Assembly: GCA_963773065.1 (NCBI GenBank)
Contig: CAVYZN010000005.1
Span: forward strand, 96,001 to 160,000
DNA from: an uncultured Gammaproteobacteria bacterium
GTDB taxonomy: Bacteria; Pseudomonadota; Gammaproteobacteria; UBA9214
Length of the DNA stretch: 64,000 nucleotides
Direction of reading: 5' to 3'
Shown in pieces: positions 63,153-64,000 of this stretch. A model generated the notes under the pieces. The model had not been told where the DNA came from. It did no database searches and was given only the letters and a program-made list of their open reading frames with translations. Each line of letters begins with the position of its first letter. The stretch's first letter is position 1. The position numbers were made by a program, and so were the translations under genes.

Positions 63153-63487
63153 GGTCTATCCTTAATTGAGTGAGGTGGGAATCACGAATTATCCGGCAAT
63201 TATTTAAAAGGGTCTGTTCGCTGTCACACATAGCAAGGCGGAAATGTTTGACGCGAGCCAACACGGGCTAGATTTCTGTCCCGGCCTGTTCCATGATTCG
63301 TTCCCGGGAGGATGGAGAGGATAATCCGGCAGGTCAGTGCAGGAGCGCATTCCGCACTTGCATTGACATTGGCATTCTGACGCCCTTGCGCTACGTCTTC
63401 GCCATCACACCACAAGCGGGGTGATGGGCATAAATACCCTCGCGACACTGAGGAGGTATGAGCCGGGATAGGCGTTACGCCAATGCC

Positions 63488-63922
63488 TTAGTGATCATGG
63501 CCATCGTTGTAATCGTTGCCGCGGTGATCGTTCTGGTCTCCACGATGATCATCACTGTGCTCGTCACGGCGGTCATTTTGGCAATCACGATGATGTTCCT
63601 GGTAACGCGGAACGTACTCGCGCTTGTACCAGTCGTCCTGCACAAACAAGACTCGCTCGCCGCAGGCGTTGTATTCGCGGCAGTGTTTGCGCCAGTTTTT
63701 GGCCTGGCCCGGCGGTACGCGCAGATAGACCGGCGGGCGATTCGTCGGTACCTGCTCGATTGCTATCGGATGACGATAGATGACTTGCGGCTGCGGATAG
63801 TCACCGAAGTCGAGGCGACCATAGAAGTCAGGTTGGCCAAGGCTAGAGGTACCACGGTTATCGCCCGCGAGTGCCACAGCGGTGGCGGCGGCCAGTGCTG
63901 CCGCGAATAGTAAACGTTTCAT
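63488..63922 (-). CDS. Exported hypothetical protein with His/Asp-rich tail
   Basis: Signal peptide; GQPDFYGR, YLRVPPGQAKNWRKHC..YNACG..V.FV. Confidence 0.75.
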   Translation of the reverse strand: MKRLLFAAALAAATAVALAGDNRGTSSLGQPDFYGRLDFGDYPQPQVIYRHPIAIEQVPTNRPPVYLRVPPGQAKNWRKHCREYNACGERVLFVQDDWYKREYVPRYQEHHRDCQNDRRDEHSDDHRGDQNDHRGNDYNDGHDH

Positions 63923-64000
63923 GTTGGATCTCCTGTGGTTATCGAACCACCCATGTCATTGGGGCAATGCCCCGGATTCGATCGGTTTCCGGCGGGAATA

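Overview
Chromosomal window from what is probably a sulfur-storing gammaproteobacterium (inferred from an SgpB-type sulfur globule protein). Many genes carry single-base frameshifts and there is a ~300 bp poly-G tract, so the assembly looks like imperfectly polished long-read sequence. Layout: (1) 234-3962: glyoxalase, SPOR protein, and a relA that keeps an intact-looking HD motif. (2) 4005-11480: a small accessory island with two unrelated VPLPA/PEP-CTERM genes behind duplicated ~470 bp sigma-54 regulatory modules, an IS1634-family element with intact ends, an S8 protease, and fused IS200 and group IIC intron remnants. (3) 11837-33817: 19 co-oriented minus-strand genes (SCP2 carrier, RND pair with no TolC, Pro/Gly/Tyr-rich exported proteins, sgpB, DUF4412-like, orphan ParA, TPR, DUF302, Met-rich membrane protein, EHD-like dynamin, MoxR-DUF58-DUF4381-BatABCD). 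This is the best candidate for an undescribed system: a putative sulfur-globule biogenesis and positioning locus. (4) 34377-55240: maeB, CSS-EAL, AsmA, DCC1-LMF, SBP-SpoIIE, Mla/Pqi-like ABC, MipA, MscK. (5) 55249-63922: a stress-type cluster (REC-PAS-GGDEF-EAL, CsbD, PLD, DUF5329, MipA, BON) sharing a TGTNCG-N4-CGNACA palindrome. Family assignments are from motif recognition only; no searches were run.
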